This document shows positions 8,716 to 24,876 of a stretch of DNA of 64,000 nucleotides, in pieces. The stretch's first letter is position 1, and each line of letters opens with the position of its first letter. A program made the position numbers and the translations under genes. The stretch is from an uncultured Conexibacteraceae bacterium (GTDB lineage Bacteria > Actinomycetota > Thermoleophilia > Solirubrobacterales > Solirubrobacteraceae), in assembly GCA_963778315.1 (NCBI GenBank), contig CAVZTZ010000003.1, forward strand, positions 252,497 through 316,496, written 5' to 3'. The notes under the pieces were generated by a model, which was given only the letters and a program-made list of their open reading frames with translations, did no database searches and had not been told where the DNA came from.

Positions 8716-9876
8716 CTATGCCATCGGCAGCGACATGCCGACCGGCTTTGACGCCACGGGCGCCGGCTCGGCCACGGGGGCGGCCATCGGCAGAGCGATG
8801 CCATCCAGCGCGATCAGCCGCGCGGCAGCCGCCCGGATCGCCTTCGAGGCGGGGTCCTCCGGATCGGCGAAGACAACCGGCAGGCCACCGTCGGCCTGCG
8901 CGCGCAGCGCCATCGTCAGCGGCACCTCCGCCAGCAGCGGCACCTCGAGCTCCTCCGCGAGGAGCCGACCGCCGCCCTCGCCGAAGATCGGGAAGTCCTC
9001 ACCCGAAGGGGTCGTGAAGCCCGACATGTTCTCGATCACGCCGGCGACCTCGAGCTTCAGCTTCGTCGGCCATCTCAGCCGAGCGCCGGGCGACCTTCTG
9101 AGCCACCGTCTGTGGGGTGGTGACGATCAGGAAGCGGGCCTGCGGCAGCAGTTGGGCAAGCGTCATCGAAACGTCGCCGGTGCCGGGCGGCAGATCGATC
9201 AGCAGATAATCGAGCGCGCCCCAGTCGACGTCCTCGAGGAACTGCTGAAGCGCCTTATGCAGCATCGGACCGCGCCAGACGACGGCGGCATCCTGCTCGA
9301 TGAAGAAACCGATCGAGACGACCTTGACCCCTTCGGGGCCGGTCAGCGGGAGGATCTTGCGCTCGCCGTTGACCTTCGCCCGCTCGGCCCGAGAGGCCGA
9401 ACATCCGTGGCTGCGAGTAGCCCCACACGTCGGCGTCGAGCACCCCGACCTGCTTGCCGGCGGCCTGCAGCGCCGCGGCGAGGTTGGCGGTGACGCTGGA
9501 CTTGCCGACGCCGCCCTTACCGGAGCCGACGCAGATCACGTTGCGCGACCTGGGCGAGGGCGCCCTCGGAAGGCCGCCGCTGCGGCCGAGCTTGCCGCGC
9601 AGGGCCTGCTTCTCGGTGTCGGAGAGCGACGTCGAAGCTGACGTTGACGCCGGTGACGCCGTCAAGCTCGCGGACCGCGTCGGCGACGCCGGTCTGGAAG
9701 TGGTCGCGGATCGGGCAGCCGGGGGTCGTCAGCGAGACGGTGACATCGACAACGCCGTTGGCGTGGACGTCGATCGATCGAACCATCTCGAGCGTGACGA
9801 TGTCCTTGTGCAGCTCCGGGTCGATCACGGCGCGCAGCGCCTCGATGATCTGGTCTCTGGTGGGCATCAAATCCAT
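8716..9876 (-). pseudogene. mrp: Mrp/ApbC-type Fe-S cluster carrier ATPase (DUF59 + P-loop), interrupted by at least 3 frameshifts
   Basis: Consecutive homologous pieces lie in different frames:
- DUF59 (MPTRDQIIEALRAVIDPELHKDIVTLEMV...)
- the P-loop piece ([24 protein letters not shown]...)
- [25 protein letters not shown]...[14 protein letters not shown]...LLIDLPPGTGDVSMTLAQ
- GVIENMSGFTTPSGEDFPIFGEGGG

The frame switches fall near 9640, 9390 and 9065. Confidence 0.8.
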
Positions 9877-11106
9877 GGTAGCTTTCGCGCGCCTATGGCT
9901 CTCGAGGTCACGCCCGGTCAAGGGCCTTGGCGACGCTGCGGGCGTTCGTCGAATCTGCCGTTCCGGCTGCACGCCGGGACGCCGTGGATCCCGCCGCTGA
10001 AGCTCGAGCGCTACGCGTACCTGAACAAGCACCTGAATCCGTTCTTCAAGCACGGCGAGGCGCAGCTGTTCCTCGCCCGGCGTGACGGCCGGGTGGTCGG
10101 CCGGATCAGCGCCCAGGTCGACTCGGCGCTTCAACGAGTACCACGGGCAACCGCTGGGGGCTGTTCGGGTTCCTCGAGTTCGAGGACGACCAGGAGGTCC
10201 TCGACGCGCTGCTGGCCGCCGCCGAGGGCTGGCTCCGGCAGCGGGGCCGCGACCGGATGGTCGGGCCGATGGATTTCGTCACCAACGAGGAGTGCGGGGT
10301 GCTCGATCGAGGGCTTCGAGCTCGAGCCGATGATCCGCCAGCCGTGGACTCCGCCTTACTACCAGCGAGCGGGTCGAGGCGGCCGGGCTCGTCAAGGCGA
10401 TGGACGTCTTCCACTGGCGGCTCGACATCTCCGATCGCGAGGAGCGAATGCTGCCGATCCTGCCCGAGCTGGCCAAGCAATGCGCGGAGAAGCACGGGAT
10501 CAGGATCCGCAAGATGTCGCCGTCGCACGCTGCGCAAGGACCTCGACGAGTTCGTCAAGGTCTACAACGCCGCCTGGTCGCAGCAACTGGGGGTTCATCC
10601 CGCTACGAGCGAGCACGACCTGGTCGACCTCTGGTTCAACTACCAGCTGGTCTTCGACAAGCGGCTGGTTCATGGTCGCCGAGAACGACAGGGCGAGACC
10701 GTCGCGATGGCGATCACGATCCCCGACATCAACCAGGTGCTACAAGAAGATGAAGGGCCGGCTGCTGCCGCTCGGCTGGTGGTACTACCTCAACCGCCGC
10801 AGGATCATCGACCGCTGCCGGATCGGCTTCCTCGGCGTGCTCCCCGAGTACCAGCACACCGGCGTCGCGGCGGCGCTGTACATCGAGCACTTCGACATGG
10901 CCGCCAGCACGCCGGTCAAGCACGGGCGAGGCCGGCTGGATCCTCGAGACGAACCGCTCGATGAACCGCGGCCTCGAGGCGATGGGCGGCCACATCTCCA
11001 AGCGTGCCGGGTGTACGAGCGGACGTTTGAGGCCGACGCGGTGCCTGCCGCGCCGCCGGACTCGATCAGGCGGTACGTACCGTCGGCGCAGACCGCCGAG
11101 ACCTGA
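9875..11106 (+). pseudogene. GNAT-like N-acetyltransferase family gene (about 400 aa), scrambled by more than 10 frame changes
   Basis: Family-like blocks alternate between all three plus frames:
- LPFRLHAGTPWIPPL...NPFFKHGEAQLFLARRDGRVVGRISAQVDS
- FNEYHG
- NRWGLFGFLEFEDDQEVLDALLAAAEGWLRQRGRDRMVGPMDF
- IEGFELEPMIRQPWTPPYYQ
- VEAAGLVKAMDVFHWRL
- DLDEFVKVYNAAWSQ
- NWGFIPL
- WFMVAEND
- GETVAMAITIPDINQV
- KKMKGRLLPLGWW...GFLGVLPEYQHTGVAAALY
- AGWILETNRSMNRGLEAMGG
- RVYERTF

The start is uncertain (9875 or 9895). Confidence 0.65.
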
Positions 11107-11109
11107 GAC

Positions 11110-11991
11110 TCAGGGCTCGGGGATCCTGTTGACGGCGTGATCGAGCGTCGCCCACAGGTGCTGAACCGCGTAGGCACGGTACGGCCGCCAGCGCTCCGCG
11201 TACGCGGTCAGCTCACGCGGCTTTCCCGGGAGGCCGAGCCGCTCGGCGGCGATCCGGACACCCAGATCGGACGCCGGGAAGGCATCGGGATCGCCGAGGC
11301 CGCGCATCGCCACGATCTCGACCGTCCATGGTCCGATGCCGGGGATCGCCTGCAGGCCCGCACGCGCCGCGTCCCAGTCGCCCTCGGGTCGCAGGTCAAG
11401 CGATCCGTCACACAGCGCGCGGGCCAGGGCGACGAGAGTGTCGCGCCGGCTCTGCGGCATCCGCGCGACCGACGGATCGAGCTCGACGAGCCTCGCGGGC
11501 TCAGGGAACAGATGCGTCAGCCCGGCATCCGGATGGGTGATCGGGATGCCGTAGGCGGTCACGAGCCGGGCGGCGTGAACCCGGGCCGCCGCCGTTGAGA
11601 TCTGCTGCCCGAGCACCGCACGGATCGCGAACTCGGGCGCATCGAGCATTCGCGGAACCCGACGCCCAGGGGACGCCACGACAAGTGGCCGCAGCACGGG
11701 ATCGTCGCTCAGCGTGCCGTCGACCACGGCCGGATCCAGATCGAGATCGAGCAGCCACCGGCACCGCTGCACCGCTCCGGCCTCATCGGCGTCGTCGCCC
11801 AGCCGCAGCGCGCACTCGACGTGAGCCGCCCTCGGGGCGAGCGCGATGATCCCGGCGCCGTGCGGGAACCTGGCGGTCCGGCGGTAAAAGCCATCGGACC
11901 ACTCCTCGACGCCGGGAACGGCGGTCGCAGCGAGATGCCCGAACAGGTTGCCGGGCGCAAGCGGCTGCGTGAACAGGAGTCGCACGGTCAC
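11110..11991 (-). CDS. alkA: DNA-3-methyladenine glycosylase II (AlkA-like, HhH-GPD superfamily)
   Basis: HhH-GPD region LQAIPGIGPWTVEIVAMRGLGDPDAFPASDLGV, plus an AlkA_N-like N-terminal domain and a conserved WRPYRAYAVQHLW tail. The ORF is intact. Confidence 0.8.
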   Translation of the reverse strand: MTVRLLFTQPLAPGNLFGHLAATAVPGVEEWSDGFYRRTARFPHGAGIIALAPRAAHVECALRLGDDADEAGAVQRCRWLLDLDLDPAVVDGTLSDDPVLRPLVVASPGRRVPRMLDAPEFAIRAVLGQQISTAAARVHAARLVTAYGIPITHPDAGLTHLFPEPARLVELDPSVARMPQSRRDTLVALARALCDGSLDLRPEGDWDAARAGLQAIPGIGPWTVEIVAMRGLGDPDAFPASDLGVRIAAERLGLPGKPRELTAYAERWRPYRAYAVQHLWATLDHAVNRIPEP

Positions 11992-12088
11992 GCCTGGTGT
12001 TCGCCGGGCATCGTCACCGCTGAGGCAGCTTAGGGGGCGGCACCCCCGGTCCCCGAAGCCCGGACCCCGAAGCGCGTTCCCTTAAGGA

Positions 12089-12122
12089 CCGACGGGGCGC
12101 CACTTGCGTGACGCCCCGGCGG
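12089..12122 (-). terminator. GC-rich hairpin downstream of 12232..12756; possible terminator lacking a U-tract
   Basis: CCGACGGGGCG ... CGCCCCGGCGG forms a stem of about 10 bp with one mismatch and a 12-nt loop. Only a weak T-run follows on the minus strand. Further small GC hairpins lie at 12034-12047 and 12165-12190. Confidence 0.25.
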
Positions 12123-12231
12123 TTGAGGGAGGAGAGGGTGCTTCATCCGCCGGCGAGGATATGAGGCCGGCGAACCCGTCCCGCCGGCCGCCTCTCGTCA
12201 GGCCGGTACGGAGAAGTTGTGCTTGCAAATA

Positions 12232-12756
12232 TTAGCTGATCAAACCTTGGGCGGTCTCGGCGAACTTCTCAAACTGAGTGCTCACCACTGACGCCTGCTT
12301 GCTGAGGTCCTTGCGGACCGATGTCAGCTCGCGCTCGAACTGGCGGCGGTTCTGCTTGATCGTCTTCTCGACGGCCTTGCGGCGCTGACGCAGCTCGCGC
12401 TCAACGCGGGTGCGCTGCTTGCGGACCTGGCGCTCGAGGCGGGTGCGGGCCGTGGCGCCGCGCTTCTCGTAGCGCTTGAGCTCCTTCTCGAAGGCGCCGG
12501 GTGCCTGGTACTTGGTGGTCAGCCCCTTGACCGTCGAGACGATGTCGTCGCGGACGATCAGGGTTGCGCCAACCGGAACCAGGATCGCGCGCTCGACGAT
12601 CTCGGCGACCTGATCGACTGGGGTCTTCGGCTGGGTTGAGGTGACGGTCGCCTTGGCGGGAGCCTTGCGAGCGGTCGTCGTCTTCCGGGCGGCCGGCTTG
12701 CGAGCGGTCGTCTTGCTCGTCGCGGCGGCTGAATTCGTGCTGGTAGTCGTAGCCAT
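12232..12756 (-). CDS. small basic protein with an Ala/Lys/Thr-rich N-terminus and a charged coiled-coil C-terminus; paralog of 1030..1485
   Basis: N-terminus TSKTTARKPAARKTTTARKAPAKATV, central VGATLIVRDDIV, then KRYEKRGATARTRLERQVRKQRTRVERELRQRR. The architecture matches the 1030..1485 product. Confidence 0.65.
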   Translation of the reverse strand: MATTTSTNSAAATSKTTARKPAARKTTTARKAPAKATVTSTQPKTPVDQVAEIVERAILVPVGATLIVRDDIVSTVKGLTTKYQAPGAFEKELKRYEKRGATARTRLERQVRKQRTRVERELRQRRKAVEKTIKQNRRQFERELTSVRKDLSKQASVVSTQFEKFAETAQGLIS

Positions 12757-12761
12757 GAGTT

Positions 12762-12791
12762 CAAATACTCCAGTCCCGTAGGAAAGGTCAA
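12762..12791 (-). promoter_or_regulatory. sigma70-like promoter candidate (TTGACC-N18-TATTTG) for 12232..12756
   Basis: On the minus strand, TTGACC (12791-12786), an 18-nt spacer, then TATTTG (12767-12762). The -10 element ends 5 nt before the ATG (12756), which would imply a leaderless or near-leaderless mRNA. Confidence 0.35.
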
Positions 12792-12933
12792 GTTATCGAG
12801 AGAGGCGCCCGGCACCCTGGAGTACCGAACACATGTTTGTACCCCTTCTCGCGGTCAGAGTTACACCGCTGACGGAAACCCCCCAGATGGGGGTGGCCCG
12901 CCCGGATTGCGGCGGGACGGCAGTGGATCCGGG

Positions 12934-13994
12934 TCAGACGGTGGGCGCGCCGACCCGGGCCACGTAGGCCGCAGGGTCGTTGATTTCCACAAGCGTCGGC
13001 ATTGATTCGGGTGAGTCGAACACCCGCGTCAACGCCTCGGGGCCACCCTCGGCAACGACGAAATCACAGAACAACTTGCCGCGCTCATACTGTCGCAGCT
13101 TCATCTCGAGCCCCAGCAATCGAGCGACGACCTGGTTGATCCGCGACTGGGTCTTGCGGCGGGCATCGAGCGCCGTCCGCAGCTGTGGCAACGACGGCAG
13201 CAGGTCCGGTGCCACGGCGTCCATTACGTGCTCCGCGTGTCCCTCGATCACGGCCATCACGGCCTGGACGCGATCGATCGATCTCTCGCTCGGCCTCACT
13301 GGCGACCGCCCCGATCACGTCGCCTCTGCGAATCGCCGAGGCGACGCGCTGCAGCTCCGCGCGGCTCGGCAGCTTCCGCTGACCCGCGTCGTCGAGCCGC
13401 TGCTCGGCGCTCGCGAGCAGCTCGCGCACGAGGCTCGCGAGGTACGGCTGCAACCACTCGACGCCGCCAAACTGAACCGCGTGCGTGACCTCGTGCAGCG
13501 TCACCCATGTGACGAACTCGCGTCTCGTCGGCGCCGAAGGCCCTGACCGCGCGGGCCAGGTTCGGCAGTACGAACAGCAGCCGCGGGGGTTTGCCGTTGG
13601 CGACCTCGTCGAGCAGCACCAGCTCGTACTGGCCGAGGACGCGCTGTCCGAGGTATCCGACCAGCACGCCGACCTCGGTGCTGACCGCGAACCCGGATGT
13701 CAGCTCCGCCGCCGTTCCGAGTTTTCCGAGGCTCTTCTGGGCTCGCTGCATCACCGGATCCATCAGCGCCCGGGTCGAGGCGAGGTTTGCGGCAACCCAC
13801 TCCCGGCGGCCGATGCCCTCGGGGGGCGGGATCGGCCGGCTCGGCGTGAGCCCGGTGTAGGCGGAAACGCGCTGCTGGGCATCGGCAGCCAGCGGCCGCA
13901 GATCGATCTCGGAGATGACGCTGTCCTGCCGCCAGTCACCGCCATCGCCCGCGACTCGGGTGGCGATCCACTCGGCGACGATCCAGTCGATCAT
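12934..13994 (-). pseudogene. zinc-dependent metalloprotease, DUF2342 family, with 2 frameshifts
   Basis: Three collinear pieces lie in different frames:
- the N-terminal part, ending ...LLFVLPNLARAVRAFGADET
- EFVTWVTLHEVTHAVQFGGVEWLQPYL (HExxH)
- IDRVQAVMAVIEGHAEHVMD...

The switches fall near 13520 and at the (GATC)3 tract 13272-13283. Confidence 0.75.
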
Positions 13995-14873
13995 CGCGCC
14001 GCCGCCGCTGCCAGACGCGACTCGATCACGGCGACGATCTGCTCGAGCCGGTCACGGGTCTCGCTACTGCGCGCCGCAACCACTGGCGAATGAGGCGTCG
14101 TATCGAGCGGCGCCTCCAGCGGATCTGCAAACGCGGGGAAGCTGACGAGCCCGCCGGCCTCGCGAACGATCAGCTGGCCGGCGGCTGCATCCACAGCCCG
14201 GCACTTGCGCAGTGACACGAGTCCATCGAAACGCGCGGCGGCGACCTGGCACAGCGACGATGCGATCGTGCCGAGCGCGCGCAGACGATACGCGCGTCTC
14301 CTCGAGCTCGTCGATCGCGAGCGCCACCCATCGCGGGTCGGCCGACTCGATCCCGAGCACCTCGAGCCGCCCATCGCGGCCGCGCCGCTCCTGCAGCGTG
14401 GGGTCGAGCCGCTCGCCGTCAAGCCAGGCGCCGACCCCGCGCGCCGCCCACCACTCCTCGGCAGGGCCGAAGTCGTAGACGTAGGCGAACTGGACATCGG
14501 CCATCGTCCGGCCGTCCGCAACCGCCACCGACAGGGCGTGGTGAGGCAGGCCACGTTTGGCGTTGAGCGAGCCATCGATCGGGTCGACGACGACGAGCAC
14601 GTCCTCGCTTCCGAACGCGACCTGCCGCGCTCCTCGGAGACCGCGCGTGAAGCGCTGGCCGTTGTCGTCATGCAGGCGCTGCAGCTCGTCGAAGACGAGC
14701 TCCTCGGCTCGTGCGTCGATCTCGAGCGTGTGGTCGCCGCCGCAGCCGCGGGTCCCCGTCTCGACGGCGCGTGCGGCGATTGACGAGCGGTCCGACAGCA
14801 TCGACCGCATCCCGGTGACCGCGGCTCGGCAGGCGCTCAGCCACAGCTCGGTGTCGAGTTCCGTCGTCGACAT
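13991..14873 (-). pseudogene. inositol monophosphatase / FBPase family protein with 1 frameshift
   Basis: VVDPIDGSLN motif in the first piece and RAVDAAAGQLIVREAGG in the second. The frame switch falls near 14285. Its stop overlaps the start of the next gene as ATGA (13991-13994). Confidence 0.75.
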
Positions 14874-14879
14874 CGACCT

Positions 14880-17800
14880 ATGCTGTCAGACACGTGGTCC
14901 CGCCCGAGTCCGCTGTCGCCGTCATCCGCCACGGTCCCCGGCCGGACCGCCGAAATCGTGATCGCGGCGGGCAGTGGCCCCGTGCTGATCGAGGGTCCGG
15001 CCGGCAGCGGCAAGACCACGCTGCTGCTGACGCGCTTCGAGCGGCTCGTGGACGGCGGCACGCTGCCCGAGCGGATTGCGCTGATGACGCCGTCGCTCGC
15101 CAGCGCCGATGCGGCCAGGGCGATCGTCGAGCAGCAGCTCCGGGACGGCTACAGCGAGCTGGTGGTGGTCACGCCGGTCGGCCTCGCCGCCACGGTCCTG
15201 CGCCGGGCCGCTCGCCACCTTGAGGTGCTTGACGCGATCCTGCCGCCGGGCGACAGGCTCGCGTTGCTGGCCGAGCGGATCGACGAGCTACCGCTGCAGC
15301 ACCACGACTTCGGAGGGAACGCCGGCGCCCTGCTGAGCGGTTTCGTGCGTCGGATCGATCGTCTGAAGGCGGAGCTGATCGACGCCGAGCGGTTCGCGGA
15401 GTGGGCGGCGTCGCGGCCGCAGGACGCCCGCGAGCGGGAGTTCGCGGAGATCTACCGCGCCCACGACCGGATGGTCCGCGAGAGCGGCGGCGCTGACGCC
15501 GCCGGAGTGATCCGGCTGGCGCTGCAGGTGCTCCCAGTGATCCAGGCGCAGGCCGCTCGTTTGAGCACGTGCTCGTGGACGACGCGCAGGAGCTCGACCT
15601 CGGCGCCGCGACGCTCGCGCGGACACTCGCCGCCGGGGCGCTGACCGTCGCAGGCGATCCAGTCGCAGCGGTTCGCCGCTACCGCGGCGCCGGCGCGGCG
15701 CGGCTGCGCTCGTTTGACACCGAGACGACGCGCCGGATCACCCTGACAGGCTCGCATCGCTGCCAGCCGGCGTCGATGCGAGCGGCTTGGGCGCTCGGGC
15801 TCGGCGCCCAGGGGGCCGGGCCAACGGGCCCGGCCGCACCGCAGCCGCCGAGTACCGACCAGGTCGCGTTCTGGTGCGCGGCCAACGAACGTGCCCAGGC
15901 CCAGGCGGTCGCCGCCGAGATCGAGCGCCTGCTGCTGCAGGACACGGCGGTGCGGGTCGCCGTGCTCGTCCCGCAGATCGAGCGCGAGGGGCAGGCTGTG
16001 TCGGTGGCGCTTGAAGAACGGGCAGTGCCGCACCGGCTGGTCGGCGGTGCGGCGTTCTTCCAGCGTGCGGAGGTGCGGGATCTTCTCGCCTGGATGCGGC
16101 TGCTGGCCGATCCGGCGGACGCTCCCGCCGTGGTGCGGGCGCTGGCGCGAGCCCCGATCGAGATGCGCAGTGTCGACATCGCTCGCGTGACCCAGATCGC
16201 CCGCCGGCGCAAGCTCGACATGGTCGCGGCGCTCGCTGCCGCGACCGAGTCCCCGCAGGTGCCCCCCGAGGCTCGCGAACGGATCCGGGTGTTCCTGAAG
16301 CTCTATCGCAGCAGCGTCGCGCAGGTCGATACGAGCCGCCCCGATCTGTACGTGCACCGGCTGATCGAGCGTCTCGGTCTGCGCCGCCAGCAGCTGTTCA
16401 CCGCCCAGACCGACGTCGTCGAACGGCTGCGCGCGCTGGCCCGGTTTGGGGAACTCGCGGCCGCCTATGTCGCGCGCACGCCCCAGGCGAGCGCCCGGGA
16501 GTTCGCCCGCTCCGTTGCCGCGGTCGCCGAGCACGGCCTCCGTGAGCACGAGCAGCCGGACCTCACCGGCGCGGCGTCGCAGGTGCAGATCGTCGCGATT
16601 GAAGTTGCCGGTGCGCTCGAGGTCGATCACGTCTTCGTCGTCGGTCTGCATGCCGGTGTGAAGACCGGGGCCGATCCCGAGAACGTGCCGGACGAGTTGC
16701 TCCGCGAGCAGCTCCCGGCCGACGGCGAGCTCTGCCGGCTGCAGCAGCTGCGCCAGCAGCTGTACGTCTCAGCGTCGCGGGCCAGGCGCCGGACGGTCCT
16801 CTGCTATCCGGCGACGCTCGGAGAGCGCGGGATTCCGACCGCTCCGCACGATCTGCTTGAGGCCGCTCGGCTTGGGGTGGCGGCCGAGTGGGAGGACCGC
16901 GCCGAGGAGCTGTTCGGGCCTGACGAGACACTGCAGGCGACCTACCAGCTCCTGCTCGGGGAGCTGCTGGAGGGGACGATGCGCGCCGGCGGTCGCCTGG
17001 CGGAGCTGCGCTTCGACACCGACCTCGACGTCTCCCACGCCGTCGTCCGCTACCTCGAGCTGCTGAAGGTGGCGGCGCTGATCGGCCGCGGCGATGACGC
17101 GCCGTCGGTCGCCGACGCACTGCGCGACATCAACACCCGGATCGGCGGCGCCGTCACCGCCGAGCAGCGGGAGATCTTCTCGAGCTCACCGCTCGACGAC
17201 TACCTGCTCGACGCCGAACGTGATGCGCGACGCCGGGCGCGCGTCGTCGCCGCCCGCGACGAGCCCTCGCTCGCGCGCTTCCTGCCGATGCGGGGTGACG
17301 GCGTGCTGCTGTCGGCGAGCGACATCGACACCTACCGTGCGTGTCCGCTCAAGTACAAGTTCGCTCGCGTGTTCAGGATCCCGCAGGAGCCAACCCTGCA
17401 CCAGCGGTTTGGAATCGCCGTTCATCAGGTGCTCGAGCGCTATCACGCCGGCAGCGAGGAGTCGCAACCGCTGCGGCCGGGGCCGCTGGCCGATCTGCTC
17501 GACCTCCTCGATCAGGCGTGGCGGCGACAGGGGTTCGGTGACTCCGACGAGGAGCGCCAGCTGCGTGCCAAGGCCGCGGCGTCGCTGGCCCGCTACCACG
17601 AGCGCGCGACCGCCGATGACGCCCAGCCGATCTGGTTCGAGCGCCAGTTCACTTTCAAGCTCGGGCCGCACCTGCTCCGCGGCCGCGTCGATCGTGTCGA
17701 TCGCGCCGCGTCGGGGGAGTACGAGCTGATCGATTACAAGACCGGACGCCCCAAGTCAGCAGATCAGCTCGCCGCCGACGTGCAGCTGTCGCTGTACACG

Positions 17801-18022
17801 GTCGCCGCGCGCGAAGCGTGGGGGCTCGGTGATGCCCGCGGCGCCTACTGGTACGTGCTCGACGACGTCAAGGTCGCGGTCACCGGTGACGAGCAGTGGA
17901 TCCGGCAGGTCGCGACCGAGGTCGCGGAGGGGATCCGCGCGCAGGAGTTCGAGCCGACGCCGTCAGCGGCGACGTGCTCGTTCTGCGACTACCGGCTCGC
18001 CTGTCCGGTCGCCGAACGCTGA
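14880..18022 (+). pseudogene. UvrD/AddA-type helicase fused to a C-terminal PD-(D/E)XK Cas4/AddB-like Cys4 nuclease; 1 frameshift
   Basis: Motifs present:
- Walker A, GPAGSGKTTLLL
- motif II-like, VLVDDAQEL
- LYVSASRARRR
- nuclease motif GRVDRVD...YELIDYKTG
- Cys residues YRACP ... CSFCDYRLAC

The two ORFs (14880.. and 15569..) join if one base is added at CGTTTGAG, near 15560. Confidence 0.75.
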
Positions 18023-18023
18023 G

Positions 18024-18924
18024 TCAGTGCGATGCGCGCGGTCCGCTCGGCGGGTCGTCGCCACGCTGGCGCAGGAACCGCTGCAGATCACGCTCGATCG
18101 CATCGCCGGACGGCAGCTCCGTCGGATCGGCGTCGGTCTCCACGGCGGCCTGCTCGAGCTCGCTCGACGAACGCCTGCACGTCCGGATCGGACTGGACCG
18201 CGGCGTTGACCTGACGCTCGTAGTCGGCGCTCGCGTTCTCCAGATCAAGCGCGTCGACGGCGACGCCGACGAGCCCCTCGAGCTTACGGACCAGCGCCAG
18301 TGCCGCCTTCGGGTTGGGAGCCGCGGCGATGTAGTGCGGAACGGCTGCCCACAGGCTTGCAGACGGCAGGCCGGCGGCCTCACAGGCACCGTGGAGGACG
18401 CCGACGATCCCGGTCGGACCCTCGTAGGAGGACTGCTGCAGGCTGAGCCGGTTGACCAGCCCGGGGTCCGATGCAAACCCGGTGACGTGGACCGCGCGGG
18501 TGTGGGGGACGTCCGCGAGCAGCGCGCCGAGTGTCACCACGAGCTGCACCCCGAGCGCCTCGGCCAACTCGACGATCAGCGATGTGAATGTACGCCAGCG
18601 ATAGGAGGGCTCGGATCCGGTCAACAGAATCAGGTCACGCGGTGCGCGTGGGATCCGGGCCTCGTACAGCTCAACCTCGGGCCACTGCACCTTGCGTGTG
18701 ATCCCGTCGACGAGCTTGATCTCCGGCCGCGTCGTCTGGAAATCGTAGAAATCCTCGGGATCGATCGACGCGAACCGGCGGGCGCCGAGTGCCTCACCGA
18801 CGAACGTCAACGCTGACGATGCGGCGTCGGCGGCGTCGTTCCAGCCTTTGAACGCGCAGATGAGCGCCGGGGCTCGCAGACCGTCGGGCCGATAGTTCCA
18901 CTGCAGCGGCTGCATCCGGTTCAC
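18024..18924 (-). pseudogene. PAC2 (proteasome assembly chaperone 2-like) family protein with 1 frameshift near the C-terminus
   Basis: The N-terminal 250 aa are PAC2-like (LICAFKGWNDAADAAS..., LLTGSEPSYRW). The conserved acidic tail ELEQAAVETDADPTELPSGDAIERDLQRFLRQ lies in another frame, with the switch near 18165. Confidence 0.7.
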
Positions 18925-18940
18925 CGTACATCATGGGCAG

Positions 18941-24662
<5,722 letters not shown>

Positions 24663-24846
24663 CGTAATGCCTCGAATCCGCACACCCTCGCCTCTGTCGA
24701 CGCGCGGACCGTGGCCCGCCGCGGCCATCAAAGCACACCAACGCGCCGCCCGTGGCATGTCCCGCGCGGCGGCAGTGCCGCCCACTGGAAACGGTCCGAG
24801 TTCGGACCGTAAACCCCGGTCTGGCAGTGAAGAAACCGTGACCCGC

Positions 24847-24876
24847 TTGACACTGGCTTTCGGAGCGGCGTATGTT
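24847..24876 (+). promoter_or_regulatory. sigma70-like promoter candidate (TTGACA-N18-TATGTT) upstream of the giant ORF
   Basis: A perfect -35 TTGACA (24847-24852), an 18-nt spacer, then TATGTT (24871-24876). It lies in the divergent intergenic region about 190 nt upstream of GTG 25065, which implies a leader of about 180 nt. Confidence 0.45.

Noticed and set aside
9454-11106. 550-aa plus-strand ORF presented as a single protein
   Set aside because: It is a chimera. Its first third is antisense to mrp, and the rest contains only some blocks of the GNAT-like gene, interleaved with out-of-frame Arg/Ser-rich stretches.
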